A stretch of DNA of 64,000 bases from Azolla caroliniana (taxonomy: Eukaryota > Plantae > Polypodiophyta): assembly GCA_043228905.1 (NCBI GenBank), contig JBHGNT010000011.1, positions 13,454,001-13,518,000 on the forward strand, in the 5' to 3' direction. Shown piece after piece: positions 11,662 through 24,422 of the stretch. Numbering within the stretch: the stretch's first letter is position 1; each line of letters begins with the position of its first letter. A model generated the notes under the pieces. The model had not been told where the DNA came from. It saw only the letters and a program-made list of their open reading frames with translations, and searched no databases. The position numbers and the translations under genes were made by a program.

Positions 11662-13647
11662 CTCCCCCTCAAGCTCAACTTGAGGCTCTTCTGGTCCTTC
11701 GCTCCGGTTTCTCTTGACTTCACGCCTCGCTCGCGCTCCTCGACCCATTCGATTCCATGCGCCTTGACCCTTACGGTCGGCTTATCTACTCGTGCAACCT
11801 TTTCCAACTCCCTTGTTGTCATGGTGTTGGTGCCTCTTCTGCTGCCCTTTCTTCCGCTTGGCCTTCAGTTGATTCGGCGTCTTCGAATCAAACATTTGAA
11901 CCGAATCAGCTGCCTCTGATTCGTCTCCGCTTTTGTATGAATTGGTTGTCTCCAATTCGTCCTCAATCTTGTCCTTCTCGCCCTTGTTGGCTTCATCTCC
12001 CCCATGCTTGCCTGGCTCCAGCTCTTTCTTTCAGCTGCTACCCTCTCATCCACTTCCGGACTCTTCCGCGGATCCGCCTTCAGCTTCTTCAACCGACACT
12101 AAATCAAATTCGTCATCCGATTTGGTGTCGCGGTCACTTCCGCTCCTTTCCTGCTCCTTTCTGTGGTCATGTGGGACTTTTATCCCCCTCAAGTTCGGCA
12201 CGTCAAGGTGCCGCAAACCAAGCGCACCCGAGAATTGCCGCAATTTGTCTAGACCAAGGGGCTTGGTGAAGATGTCGGCGTTCTACCAATCCGTCGGAAC
12301 ATATTGAAGTTCGACTTCACTAGAGAGGACACGCTCGCAGACAAAGTGGTAGTGCACCTCAATGTGCTTAGTTCGGGCGTGGAAGACGGGGTTCTTCGCA
12401 AGTTGGATGCTTCTAAGGTTGTCACAGTAGATCGTCGTCAGACCGGACACCTCCACGTGCAGATCCTTAAGTAGCCGCTTCAACCATATGGCTTCACACG
12501 TTGTGACAACCGCTCCCCGATACTCGACCTCTATGCTCAACAGTGCAATTTTCGGCTACTTCTTGCTATTCCATACGATCGCGGAGCTCCCAATGGAGAA
12601 CGCGAATCCGGATGTGCATCGGCAATCACCGGCGTTTCCGGCCCAGTTGGCATCTATATAGCCGACTAGCTGCGTGGCAGTACCAGTCCGATATAGTAAC
12701 CCTTGGTCCTTAGTGCCACTGGCGTACCTAAGTACGCGTTACACGCACTAAAGGTGCTCCTCGGTTGGTCGCGCCATGAACTGACTAATCAAGCCGACTG
12801 GGTAACTGAGGTCCAGTCGGGTGATAGTCAAGTATATGAGGCTTCCGACAATCTGTCGAAACCTTTTCGGGTCGTAGACCTTTCCGAAGTCGGGGTGAAG
12901 CTTCATGATTCTGTCCAGAGGAGTTGAGACGGACATACATTCTACCATCCCGAACTTAAAGAGCATACTCAGCACGTAATGTCGTTGGCTGATCAGTATG
13001 CCTTCGGGGGTTCGTATCACTTCGATCCCAAGAAAGTAATGAAGGTCCCCTAGATCCTTCATATCAAATGATGTCGCAAGCTGGAGCTTTACGCGGTCAA
13101 TTTCACCTAGGTCGACGCCGACGATGACCAAGTCATCAACATAAAGTAAAATACTAACCGGCCCAAGTCGACCTTGCTGGACGAACAATGAAGAGTCTGA
13201 TTTGGACGTCACAAATCCCATATGACGCAATTGTTGCGTGATCTTCGCGTTCCACGCACGCGGGGCTTGCTTTAGTCCATAAAGGGGGACTTCTTCAACC
13301 GGCATACCGTCGAAGTGTTCGTTCCAGAGTGAAATCCAGGGGGTTGTACCATGTACACTTTTTCCTCAAGCTCGCCTTACAGGAATGCATTCTTTACATC
13401 CATCTGATGTAAGTGCCACCCCTTCGCCGCAGCTACCGCAAGCAAAACACGAATTGTCGTCATCTTTGCGACCGATGCAAACGTCTCATCGTAATCAATG
13501 ATGTGTTGCTACGCGTAGCCTTTTGCTACTAACCGGGCCTTCTATCGGTTGACCGAGCTGTCGGTGTTGTACTTAACCTTGTACACCCACCTGCATCTAA
13601 TCGTCTTTACACCCTTGGGGGCGTCAACCAGGTCTTAGGTTTCATTC

Positions 13648-13720
13648 TCTTCTTCTTCTTTCCCTTTTCCCTTTTCTTCTTCTTTCCCTTTTCCCTTTTC
13701 TTCTTCTTTCCCTTTTCTTT
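13648..13720. repeat. 24-bp pyrimidine tandem repeat, about 3 copies, at an internal deletion of the Copia
   Basis: Units of TTCTTCTTCTTTCCCTTTTCCCTT; translates as RERRRKGK repeats. Confidence 0.85.
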
Positions 13721-15239
13721 GCACATAAGCGTCTCTTCGGCTTCCTGTGCGGCGAATGCACGGCTGAGTCTCCACTACTCGCCGGCTCTTCATCTAACTG
13801 GTCAAACCAACTTAGTCGCTCATTCGGTCTAGTTAGCCGAAATGAGATCGGACTCTCTTCAAGAGTTCCGATTTCGCGTTCATCAAGAGGCATCTCAGCC
13901 TCACTGACCTCATCTTTAGAACTCAAATTGGAGCTGAGGTCTGGAGTCGGAGGCAAATACCAAGATGCAGACTCATCAAACATGACATCACGACTTACAC
14001 GAGCTTGTTTGGTTCTGGGGTCATAACACTTATAACCCTTTTGTTCGTCCGAATAGCCGACCAAGATACACTTCTCGGCTTTTGCGTCCAGTTTCCTCCG
14101 CTTGTCCTTCAGCACATGCACATACGCGATGCTACCGAAAACCCTCAAGTGTCGTAGATTCGGCTTCTTTCTGAAATACAACTCATGTGCCGACACTTTT
14201 TCTCCAATCCGATTCTGGATGTAGACCGCGGTTCGGACCACTTCGGCCCAATAGAACTTGGGCATGCTCTTTTCTTCCAGCATTGCCAGCGCCGCTTCCA
14301 CAACCGACCAATTCTTCCTTTCGGCTACGTCGTTTTGCTCCGCATATACCTGCAACTGAATTCGCGCTGAATTCCCATTTGTTGTAGATAACTGTTGAAT
14401 TGGCCGAAAAAGTACTCTTTTCTGCCATCCAACCGCAGGCACTTGATCTTCCTCCCTGTTTCCCTTTCGGCAAGATTTTTGAGGTTCCGGAAACAGTCGA
14501 AGACTTCACTCTTCTTTTCGATGAAGTAGATCCATGTGTGCCGGGTCTAGTCGTCGATGAAGGAGACAAAATATCGACTCCCGCCAAGACTCACGTTCTG
14601 TGCCGGTCCCCATATTTCTGAATGTATCAAGTCGAGCTTATTTCGGCTCCGATTACACTCGTTGGGGAAAGGAAGTCGGTCTTGCTTCCCTAGCTAGCAG
14701 GCTTTACAAATTTGGGCCTTTCGACCACTGAATTTCGGCAATCCAAACACAACTTGTTTCGATTGCAGGTCCTGAAACCGTTGGTATTTGACGTGGCCTA
14801 TCCGCTTATGCCACAAGTCGATATCCAACTCGACTTTTTGCCCTTTCACGAACATGGCGGTGCCTACGTCATTAGTGTCGAGGATGAACATCCTCCCATC
14901 TCGGCGCCCTTGGGCAATAACTTGGCCTTCTTTCTCAATGAAGCACCCGAGATGCGTGAACCGGACTTTCATCCCCTAGTCGACGATCTGTCCGACCGAC
15001 ACCAGATTCTTCGTAATTGTCAGGACGTGTAACACGTTCATTAGCTTCCCTTTTTGCCCGACGTGGTTGAGGGGAACTTCACCAACATGTACGATCAGAT
15101 GTAGAGTGTCTTCTCCTATTGCGACTACTCCCAGTTGTTTCGGTTTTTCCAGATATGAGAACCACTCTTTATGGTTCGTCATATGGTTTGACGCTCCGGA
15201 GTCAACGTACCACACTTCATCTGATTTTGAGGTGATGGC

Positions 15240-15800
15240 AATTCATCGACAATGGCATACAACAATCTACTTGGGGGACAAGAAAGGTAAGCATGAGAAC
15301 AATTAGTTGGGAAAACTCAAATTCATGATGTTTTTGTTTTCCAACACCTTTTGCAAGATGCATCACTCTCTCAAATACTCTAGAGAAGGGGCTAATTTGA
15401 TGGGACGGATACACTCAAGGCTAGATAGAGTTTATTTGAGTCCCCAAATTGAAAATATTGGTGGTCAAGTTGGAATAATCCACGGTTCGATCTTCTCATG
15501 TCACAAGCTGGTTGAAATTGAGCTAGCAAATGTTGATGCCCCCCAAAGAATGCTCACCATTAGGATTCCTAATAATATGATACATAATGATGACATTAAG
15601 AACAACATTATTAGCATTTGGTCTAGCAAACAAAATCTACACTCAGTTGTTGTGAATCTAGAACTTAACATTCAGGAAATGTCAACAACATTAAAAGAGG
15701 ATTGCAGAAAGGAGTTGACCCGCTTTAAATTGCAGGAAGCAAGACTAAGGCGTAGTATTGTCTTAGCACAATGACTTTTGGGAAGGATGTGGAATGTAAC
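15240..15800 (+). mobile_element. L1-type LINE ORF2 fragment (C-terminal part of the APE endonuclease)
   Basis: HSRLDRVYLS...FSCH (decayed SRLDR/SDH motifs) in ORF 15307-15774. Confidence 0.75.
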
Positions 15801-15843
15801 TAGACTAGAATGCAGCTTGGCATGTATTAGAGCTAGCTACTAA

Positions 15844-16515
15844 TGTAAGCATATGATAAGGATATAATAGATATAAAATAAGAAAGGAGAGAGAGAAAGC
15901 AGGGTGTCGATCCACCCAACCACCCCCGAGCAAAGGGATCGAGACGGACGCAAGCCTCGATCGGCATCCCATACCACCGTGATGTCGTCGAGTCGTACCC
16001 AGTGTTGGCGCACTCGCTACAAGAGTTGACCCACCACAATAAAGGAGTCTCAACATAGTCGATAATGTGTCAAATGAGGGTAGATAGGCCTCATATTTGT
16101 AGCCAGACCTAAGGCACCCATGCAAGTTCACACTTGGCCTAATGGGTTGTCCCTATCCCAAGGATTAAAAGTAATCATTTCCTTCTTTACACTCTCGTTT
16201 AACCCTCACACTTTATCCACGTGTATAGAATACTACAGTAAAACTTACCACGGGATATGGTCATGCCCATAACATACTCCCCCTCTTTAAAACATTGCAC
16301 TCTTGCATTGGAAAGTTAGGGAAGTTAGTTGTAAGTGTATTTTCACGTTCCCATGTGGCATCATTGATAGACTTATCCATCCATTTTATTTTAAATTCCC
16401 GTATTATTTTAGAACGCAAATTTTTCATTTTAACATCGAGAATGGTGCTTCCAACCGTTGCACTGGCTCTACCCCCTGTCCAACAAATCACCCATATTGC
16501 TTTCGGTGATATCAA
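15844..16515 (-). mobile_element. Chromovirus (Gypsy) 3' end: chromodomain, PPT and 3' LTR (15844-16274)
   Basis: ILDVKMKNLRSKIIREFKIKWMDKSINDATWE chromodomain; PPT AAAGAGGGGGAGTA; TGTAA..TAACA; LTR homologous to 43203-43620. Confidence 0.88.
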
Positions 16516-17500
16516 TGTCTAGTTGCATTCAGAAGCTTGCTAGTTGTGTCTTGATGCTTGTTGAAAAATAACATGTCTTGTCACACAATTGTTTGCTATT
16601 ATGTAGACAGTGATTGCCCCACCTTTTTTATCTAAGGTGTCACACAACGATAGCCAAATATATATGAAAGTGACATGTAAATAGTATAGTTACTAGTATC
16701 TATAGATACTTAGAGTGAACATAGCCTAATGTGTTTATGTGATTCCCCTAACTAATAGGAAGTAGTTCTTTTCTCAGGAAAATAAAAGTAAATGTTTAAA
16801 CATACAAAGATCATTAGGGAAATAGAAATAATTAAGTAAAACTAACAAACCATTAAATTGAGCTATAGTAACTTAAACCAATAAACCCATAATCATGAGT
16901 TTTAAAACCAAACGAAGCTAAAACCAGATCGTTTACTAATATTTGAAACCAAACCAAATCATTTGATTATATTTGAAAACCAAGCTCAATCATTTAATTA
17001 TATTTGTGTTGATAAGTTATTAAATGATGGATTAATGGTTCAGCCCAATTTGAGCCAAACTAGGGCCCATAACTATACATCGATTACATTGTCTGGTGTC
17101 CCATTGTACTTGATGGCTATGTTGAGGATGTTGGTTTTTGAAGTATGGTTTTGAGAAGAAAAGAAGTTGCCACGGTCGTGAACATGGGCACTTTGTTGGG
17201 TATCAATAGAGCCTAACATGACATCCTCCTTCTCATTTGATTTGTCACCATTGCTTGGATATACCATGTTTGTTTCTACTTGAATATGTGAGAAAGCCAC
17301 TTTGAAAAAATGCCTATTTTGCTCCTTAAAAATACTAGTGCCTTGTTGAGGGGATATCATTCAATTTGTGGCATATTTGTATGCTTCTCTCTAAAATAAA
17401 TGTAGTCTACCAACAAAGTTGATTGTAGGTAGCATGTCAATGAATCACTATGACTGAAACATAGAGTTTTGGAAATGCAATTTCTATTTTGTCAAATGTT

Positions 17501-18400
17501 TTTTTTTTTCCAAAAAAAAAACACTACTTGGCATTAGTTAGCAAGCAAATTACATCATAGATCACCAAAAATTCCTCTCATCAACCCTCACTCTAGCCTT
17601 CCCACCAAAGTGGACATAGTCCCCACCTCATTTTCAACAAAAGTATCCAATTAACTCCTATAACCTAGTAATTTGTACCATATCTATACATATTTACAGC
17701 ACCTAGTCACTGATGGAAACCATTGGGGGAAACAACCATCGGGGTGCTTGGTAGTTCCATTGAGGCCTTGATGATGATCTGCCCACCATAGGAGAACTAC
17801 CCCATTTTAGCAAGAACTTTGATCGAGTTCTTTCAACTGCATCAGGTTCCCCCTTAATCGAGTCGTTATCGTCCCCGCAGCCAAGATACCAACTCAAACC
17901 AGATATTTAATAACACCTCACCGCTAGGGATCTTTTGATGTTGAAAAACAAACTTACACCGCCTGGTCCAAATGTGCCAGACCGATAAACAAGCCACCAT
18001 CATCCATATCTCTTCAAAAAATTCTGAGTTAGTGCCAGGTCGAACTCCAGCCCGTTGAAACACCTTGCCACCCTGCACTATAAATCCATGACCGTGGGGG
18101 TTTAACTGTTCAGAGCAGCCTTCCCCTGTTAACTTCAGCCCCTGTACGGACCCCCATACAACTCTCCCATTCACGCCACATGCTGCCACTATCCTGAGAC
18201 TTCTACCCCAAATGTTAATAGCCTCTTTGCAATTCCAAAAACAATGAGGAACTGATTCCAAAGGGTGTCCACAAATCTTGCAACCAGCCTCACCACCACG
18301 ACACCTAAGCCACTCCCCCACCGGTACCGCTTTGTGACTAAGGAGCCACAACCAAAGTTTTATTTTTTCTGGCATATCGAACGCCCATAGCCTCCTCCAA
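17501..18400 (-). mobile_element. 5'-truncated L1-type LINE (zf-RVT, C-terminus, 3' UTR, tail)
   Basis: KIKLWLWLL..CKICGHPLESVPHCFWNC zinc knuckle; T(n)GGA(n) tail; short candidate TSD AAATGTT. Confidence 0.88.
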
Positions 18401-18501
18401 AAATGTTATTCATTATAGGTGTTTATAGAAATAAAACCTTCAAAAGGTTAATCAAATGTTAATCATTATAGGTGTTTATAGAAATAAAACCTTCAAAAGG
18501 T
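18401..18501. repeat. Tandem duplication of about 53 bp
   Basis: TCATTATAGGTGTTTATAGAAATAAAACCTTCAAAAGGT present twice. Confidence 0.85.
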
Positions 18502-19237
18502 AGACTTGTCCTAAATAAATAAATGTATTATTTCAAGTGCATGACAAGCTCCATGTTAGAAGGTTAACGAGAATTAATTACACCAAGAAAGACACATTAG
18601 ATTTAGAAAATAGTTTCTCTCCAAAATATTCAGATTCGAGAAAAATGCTCTTTATTCTCTTCGAATGAACTTTTCTTTTCATGCATGAAATAGGAAACCA
18701 TGGAATAAACCAATTCTATTCACTTTACAAAGATTTCCAATTAGCATGTATGTTGGTGAATGACGACAATGTTTTAGTACAATATAGTGAAGTCTCGCCA
18801 CAAAGGCAAAATCACTCTACCAAAAGCGTCTTTATCAAAAGCAATAATGTTGGCAAAGTTCGAACAATTGACAACTAGATCACAACCAGGTATGCTACAT
18901 GTACTTAAAAGGTAACATTTTTAAACAATCAACTCACTTGGCTCTCTTTCTACCTTTAAGGTTCTCTTTCTATCTTTCTTTCTACAATTTTGTTTGTTCT
19001 TGTCGATCACGCCACAAATTTGTGAGTATAAGAGAAATAGAAAACACATTTGTCTCTTTTGCTTTATTATAACTATTTTCAACGGGCAAATTCCAAAGTT
19101 CAAGATATTGAATGCATACAATCTATTAAAGACTCTTTTACATATGTAAGCTCTCAACCATAAAACCTCTCAAATTTGTAGCATGTGTGGAGAAAGGTTC
19201 AATTGTAGGAAATAGATACAAAATTAAAAGCTTTAAA

Positions 19238-19973
19238 CCAAATATTTAGCATCACCTCACCGCATGAGAGCTTTTGCCGCTGAAAAACAAACTTACAGTG
19301 CATGGTCCAAATGTGCCAAACCGATAAGCACGCCACCATAAGCCAAATTTCCTCAAAAAATTCAAAATTTGTGTCAGGTCTCACCCCATCACATAGGAAC
19401 ATGCCACCACTCTACACTATAAATCCATGTGCCTATGGGTTTAACTGTTCCACCCAACTTTCCCATTTAGGGTCAGACCATGTATGGAACCCCACACAAT
19501 ATTCTCATTCACACCGCAAGCTGCCACAATTCTAAGGCTTCTACTCCAAATGCTAATCACCTCTTATGACTCAATTCAAGGGGAATCGAATGAAGCAGAA
19601 ACGGCAAGGTCTAAGTTCTTGCTGAAATGGGATGGTTCTCCCATGATGGTTAATCATTCAACGAGGCCTAAGTGGAACTACCATGCGCCTACATGGTTGT
19701 TTCCGCCGATGGCTCCCAATATTGTACATGGGATGTAAATATGTAGGTATAGCTAATAAAAGAGTATGTTTGGATGAGTAGAAATGGTGTAAATTGGGGT
19801 TTGTTTTAGTTTTGTTGGGGATAAGGGTTGCGTGAGTTTTGCTAGTTTTTTTGTTGGTTTTGGAGTTGTTCCTCCGTGTTGGATATATTGATCCCATTGT
19901 GGATTCGAGTTGAACTTTGTTGTATTCAATTTGCTAACTAATGCGAAGTAGTGTTTTTTTGGAGAAAATAAAT
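19238..19973 (+). mobile_element. L1-type LINE with 5' inversion (inverted part about 19238-19560, sense part about 19561-19973)
   Basis: The minus-strand segment ends ...EVMLNIWF and the plus-strand segment starts YDSIQGE; these are near-consecutive in the copy at 17501-18400; TSD TTAAAAGCTTTAAA at 19224-19237 and 19974-19987. Confidence 0.9.
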
Positions 19974-20899
19974 TTAAAAGCTTTAAAAAGAGGTTTGAAA
20001 ATGAGACAATATAAGTCAATGACTCATCACAAATCAAGAAAACTTAAAGAAAATCATTGAGTTTTATATCGTGATAATAAAAACATTTATGGTAAAAACA
20101 AGCTCCTCAATTGTTCAAGCGAAAATCTTTGCTCAGAAATGCTCAATGTGTGGGGAAATCAATTCAAACATTTAAAAAATAAAATAGGGAACACCTATAA
20201 AAGTTGTAGTAGTTACATCATTTAATTTACATGGGATGAAGCATGCAACATGAGGTACAACTCTTTCTTCTTTATTTATTTATTTGGGAGGTGTGGAGAG
20301 GGAGGGAGGGGTAATATTGATATTTTTCAAAACCACTGATATTACCTCCCATTGAAGTTGAGTTACGAATGAAACATCACTCTCTAACTTAATTCTCTCT
20401 CTCTCTCTATCTCTCTTTTTCATGGACATTAAAAAGGATATCTATTTATCTACCTATCCATTCATTAATGTAAACAATTTACAAAGTTTTGAGCCTATGT
20501 GATTGGTAGAGGAAACAACCTTTTCTGGTGGTTGAAACTGCCAAAAAGGAGTGCCATTCTTCGCGGTCATAAGTGGACTCGTTGTCCACAAAGTAAACAA
20601 TTGTTGGTGCTTCAAAGTATGATACCGTGTCCAACCAAATACGTTTCACCAATTCAATTGGTGAGGCTCTAACTTAATGAAAAACAAGAGAGCATCAAGC
20701 CTTCCAAAGTGTAATTTGTAGTAGTACTACCCAATATCTCCCATAATGGTTGTATCTCCTTCATTGTCCCTAACAACTACATAGACACTAATGGAAATGC
20801 ACAAACACTTCAAGATTTGGTGTGAAAACCATGGTCCACCTATGTATGTTATGCATGTATTGTATGTATGTATGTATATATGGATGGATGGATGGATAT

Positions 20900-21900
20900 A
20901 TCTTATGTATGCTAAGAAAGAATGGTATGTATCATAGAACATAATACTCACATTCATTTGCTCAAACATTCGTTTTCATACTTATGTTTTTTTTTTTACG
21001 TTTTTAATTTTGTTTCTCAAATTTTTACCTTAAAAAAAGGTTTATCTTATAGTAATGATGAATACAAAAGTATGGTACTTACCATACTTCGAGGGTGTTT
21101 GCCATACTCGAATGTGAATGCACGTATGGTACGTATCATGGGACATAATATATGCATTCGTTTGCTCAAACATTCGGGAATGTGTATATTATTGAAACAT
21201 ATGCTTTTTTTTTTACTTTTTTTTTTGGCTTATTTCGGCAATTCAGCCATGTCACAAAGGGTTGAATGCATCGATCATCACCATGCCTCCACAATCCACC
21301 TTCGCCACACCTCCACATTCACCACGTCTCTCCACCACTCTAATGGAGGTGTGGATTAATTCACGTTGAATTATCTAATTAGGATACAATTAGCACCCAC
21401 TGAACCTTGTCCTTGATTAGGATAGCTCCAAATGGTAAGTAGTTAGTAATTAGGGCATGGCCATGTAACCGAACGAGTGTATCTTCTAGTCACTAATTAT
21501 CAAAGTATGTATGTATGGCCAATCAGTAATTAGCATGCAATTAGTGGCCACCGCAAACATCTACTTAAAAAGACAAGTGTGATCTTTTTAATAATAATAA
21601 TAATAACATTAGTATCACTACCATAGTACGTAAAATTCGTGTTCGTCTAGCATAACATTCGTTTTCCTACGTTGGAAAACAAATGCAAATATTATTCAAA
21701 CATTCTTGTGTTTTTTTTTTTTTTTCCCATTTTTTAATGTTTTTTTTTGTTTTTTTCCATTTCTTTGGCTTATTTACCTCATAATAAATAGTTAATCCAA
21801 AAGTATGGTATTTATCATTCTTTGAGGGTGTTTCTCTTACACGAATGGTTCAATCATTTGCGAATGCGAATGAACGTATGGCACGTATGGTTCATACTAT
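20900..21900. mobile_element. Degenerate non-autonomous DNA-transposon-like modules with CATTCG/CGAATG motifs
   Basis: Repeated block AAAAGTATGGTA..GAGGGTGTTT..CGAATG..CGTATGG at about 21066 and 21799; motifs shared with the hAT MITE at 39697; no termini found. Confidence 0.4.
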
Positions 21901-22009
21901 GATCACTACTAATATTATGATTATTGTTATGATTGATGTGTGTGGTGGGGTTGGATTGCATGGTGATGGGTTTGTTGCATTATTCACAAATATTGATTTG
22001 ACGTTTACA

Positions 22010-22790
22010 ATTTGCGGCCACAGACGGTGTAGGACGCTTAGCAGAAGGCACGTGCAATCTGCACTGTTCGATTTGGATTTAAAAAAACGTGCGATAAAAA
22101 ACGTTGTTCTCGATCGCCCAACTCTGAGTCCTCGGTCCCCTAATCCTGACAGTAGTTGCCCAACCCTAACACCTCGGTCGCCCAACTCTCTCAGTAGTCG
22201 CCATCTTGCTAGAGACTGCGCATCCTCTAAAGGAGTCTGTGGAAGGCGTGGTGGATATGGAATAGTTGGCTATGGAGGACCTCGTGACTGCAACATCCAA
22301 GCCTAATCAGAAGAATCTCCATATCCAATACATCAACCTCATTCTCTTCTCTTCCAAATTCCTTCATCTTCATCATCACGAGTTTTGTTTATTTACTTCC
22401 ACCTGCAGGTTTTCCATCGCCTGAAGTTTGTGATCATCATCGGCTTCTTTTGACTCGTGGAAGATCTTTCATCCGCAAATAGATGTCGTTTCTATTTTTT
22501 CACTTGTTCTAGCTAGCGTTGCAATGTATGTGTCTATGTCGTCATTCTTGTTCTGCTTATAGAAGCAGAGAAAGAGAGATGGAGTCCATGTTCATATCCA
22601 TGTCCCAGTCCTCATTAAATCTTTTGCAGTTTGTGGAATTGTACTCAAATATTGATATTGAAAGTATTTAATGGATAAATACATAAGTTTGAGTCTTGGT
22701 TGCCTAATCCTGTAAGTAGTTGCCCAACTCTAAGTCCTCAGTTGCCCAACCATATCAGTAGTCGCCCAACCTTGACTGTTGTAGGTCCTC
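22010..22790 (+). mobile_element. TIR-type element end (MULE/CACTA-like) with subterminal GTYGCCCAAC repeats, carrying the 3' part of a captured cold-shock-domain gene
   Basis: 22010-22200 is the reverse complement of about 31820-32032; 22238-22660 is the reverse complement of about 30243-30672. Confidence 0.7.
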
Positions 22791-23500
22791 CAACCACCCG
22801 ACCCTTTTAGAACAATAAATGAAGTAATTAATAAAAGTAGTACTAAAAGGTAATGGTTCAATGGTTAGGGTTATTCCTTACATTTACGAGGTGCAAGGTT
22901 TGAATCTCTTTATCTCTCTTAGTGAGAAAAGGGTTTATTTTGCTTATTGGTCTTCAGGTCATTTAGGTTTTCTTCTTCTTCAACTTCTTTCTTTTTTAGG
23001 GTTTCGACATTTAGTTTTGGGACTTTAGGAACTAGAAATTGATTCTTGCATGTATATTAATGTATTACTCTCATCAATGAGGAAGAAATTAATATATGAT
23101 TGATTCAATATGTGAAGCTTATCGATCAATATATATGCTACATATCAATCACACTATTGGCAACACAACATTTCTTTCTAGTGAACCTTTAGCTTAGATT
23201 ATATAGTTTGCAACAAAAATACAAATGCAAAACCAACTTACTATAATAATGAAATATGTTTCAAATCAAACCACCATTACACCTAAGGTTCAAATGACGT
23301 TTCAAAAAAACAATAATTCATTAGACTAGAGGAAAGTAATGGAAACAATTCTACATTAGGGTTTAGGGTTGCACACTAACAACTTGCTCCTAAGAAATGG
23401 CTTTAAAACACAATACCATTCCCTTAAAAATGCAACACTAACAAAGAAGTTTAACAAATTTTGCTTATAAGATGAGAAGTTTACTAAACAAAATAATATC

Positions 23501-24422
23501 CCGGGACCCTTTGCAATGGGCATAACATGATCCTTCGGGGCAAGGAAGCAAACCCATCCCTTTCTTTCAATTCACAACTAAATTGGGTCGCCATATTCTA
23601 GCTGCTCAAACCGCCTAAGAGCCGATTGTTGCAAAGGTCTGGCACACATATCATGTTCCTCACACAATTATCACCAAGTTTAAGAAAAAAATCTGGAAAC
23701 AACAACACGCACAACGAATCACCACTTTCCAACGGCTATTAATTAATACATAGGTCACTACCGGTTGGTGCATGGCAGCGTGGGAACCTTAGCTCTCCTA
23801 ATTGTGTAGCGTGCCCAAATGCAATAGAATCAATCCGAGACGCTTTGTGGGACTTCCTAGAGTCCCATTGAATATGGCAGGGAGTTGGTCGCTTATTGCA
23901 ATTATGCCAGGTGCAAGGCTTAATTAAGTGGGGAAATAAATGTTGGCTATCATGGTAGGCCCCACTGGACAGATACGAGCATCAGGAGGAGGGGATGGCT
24001 TTGGTGATAAAAGCACAAGAGGTTTTTTTCTCCACCATCGACAATGTCCACTCAACTCCTATCAATGCCAAATCTCAAGTTGTTTTGGAATTGGTCATCC
24101 CAATAACTCTTTGGATTCTATGGAAACAATAGTGTAGACGGGTCTTCTCCAACCAAACCGTGCAATCAATATGTGTTAATGCAAGAGATATGGAGTGAAG
24201 TTGTAGCCACGCCAAAAAGCCAATATGATGGCCTCAAGGGCGACGTCGTTGGAATTGAAAGACAACGACTAGCCTTCATCCAGCAATGGTCGACCTCCCC
24301 CTTTATTGAGTCAGTGGGCATCCACATACGATGGACCTATCGCATCCCTACAGGAATTTGTATATATTAATCTCATGTGTAAAATTTTATAACTAATGGA
24401 ATGAGTTTTTTTTGGAAAAAAA
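23501..24422 (+). mobile_element. 5'-truncated L1-type LINE
   Basis: Perfect 15-bp TSD AAACAAAATAATATC (23486-23500, 24423-24437); T(n)GGA(n) tail; homologous to 36653-37110 and 41368-42530. Confidence 0.92.

Larger units (their letters stand above)
11279..15238 (-). mobile_element. Copia element, 5'-truncated (PR-IN-RT-RH, tail, 3' LTR); same family as 57693-62412
   Basis: WYVDSGASNHM, LWHKRIGH, AERKN, LYGLKQAPRAW, LLYVDDL, NPVFHARTKHIEVHYHFV; LTR homologous to 57693-58094. Confidence 0.95.

Noticed and set aside
16520-17360. Possible very old Copia RT/RNase H remnant
   Set aside because: Only a faint resemblance near TRHIDI; too decayed to support
23501-23520. Apparent shared 5' end (GGGACCCTTTGCAATGG) with the LINE copy near 42218, suggesting a defined non-autonomous unit
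   Set aside because: The second copy appears to continue upstream through the WDP motif, so this is simply the truncation point of the first
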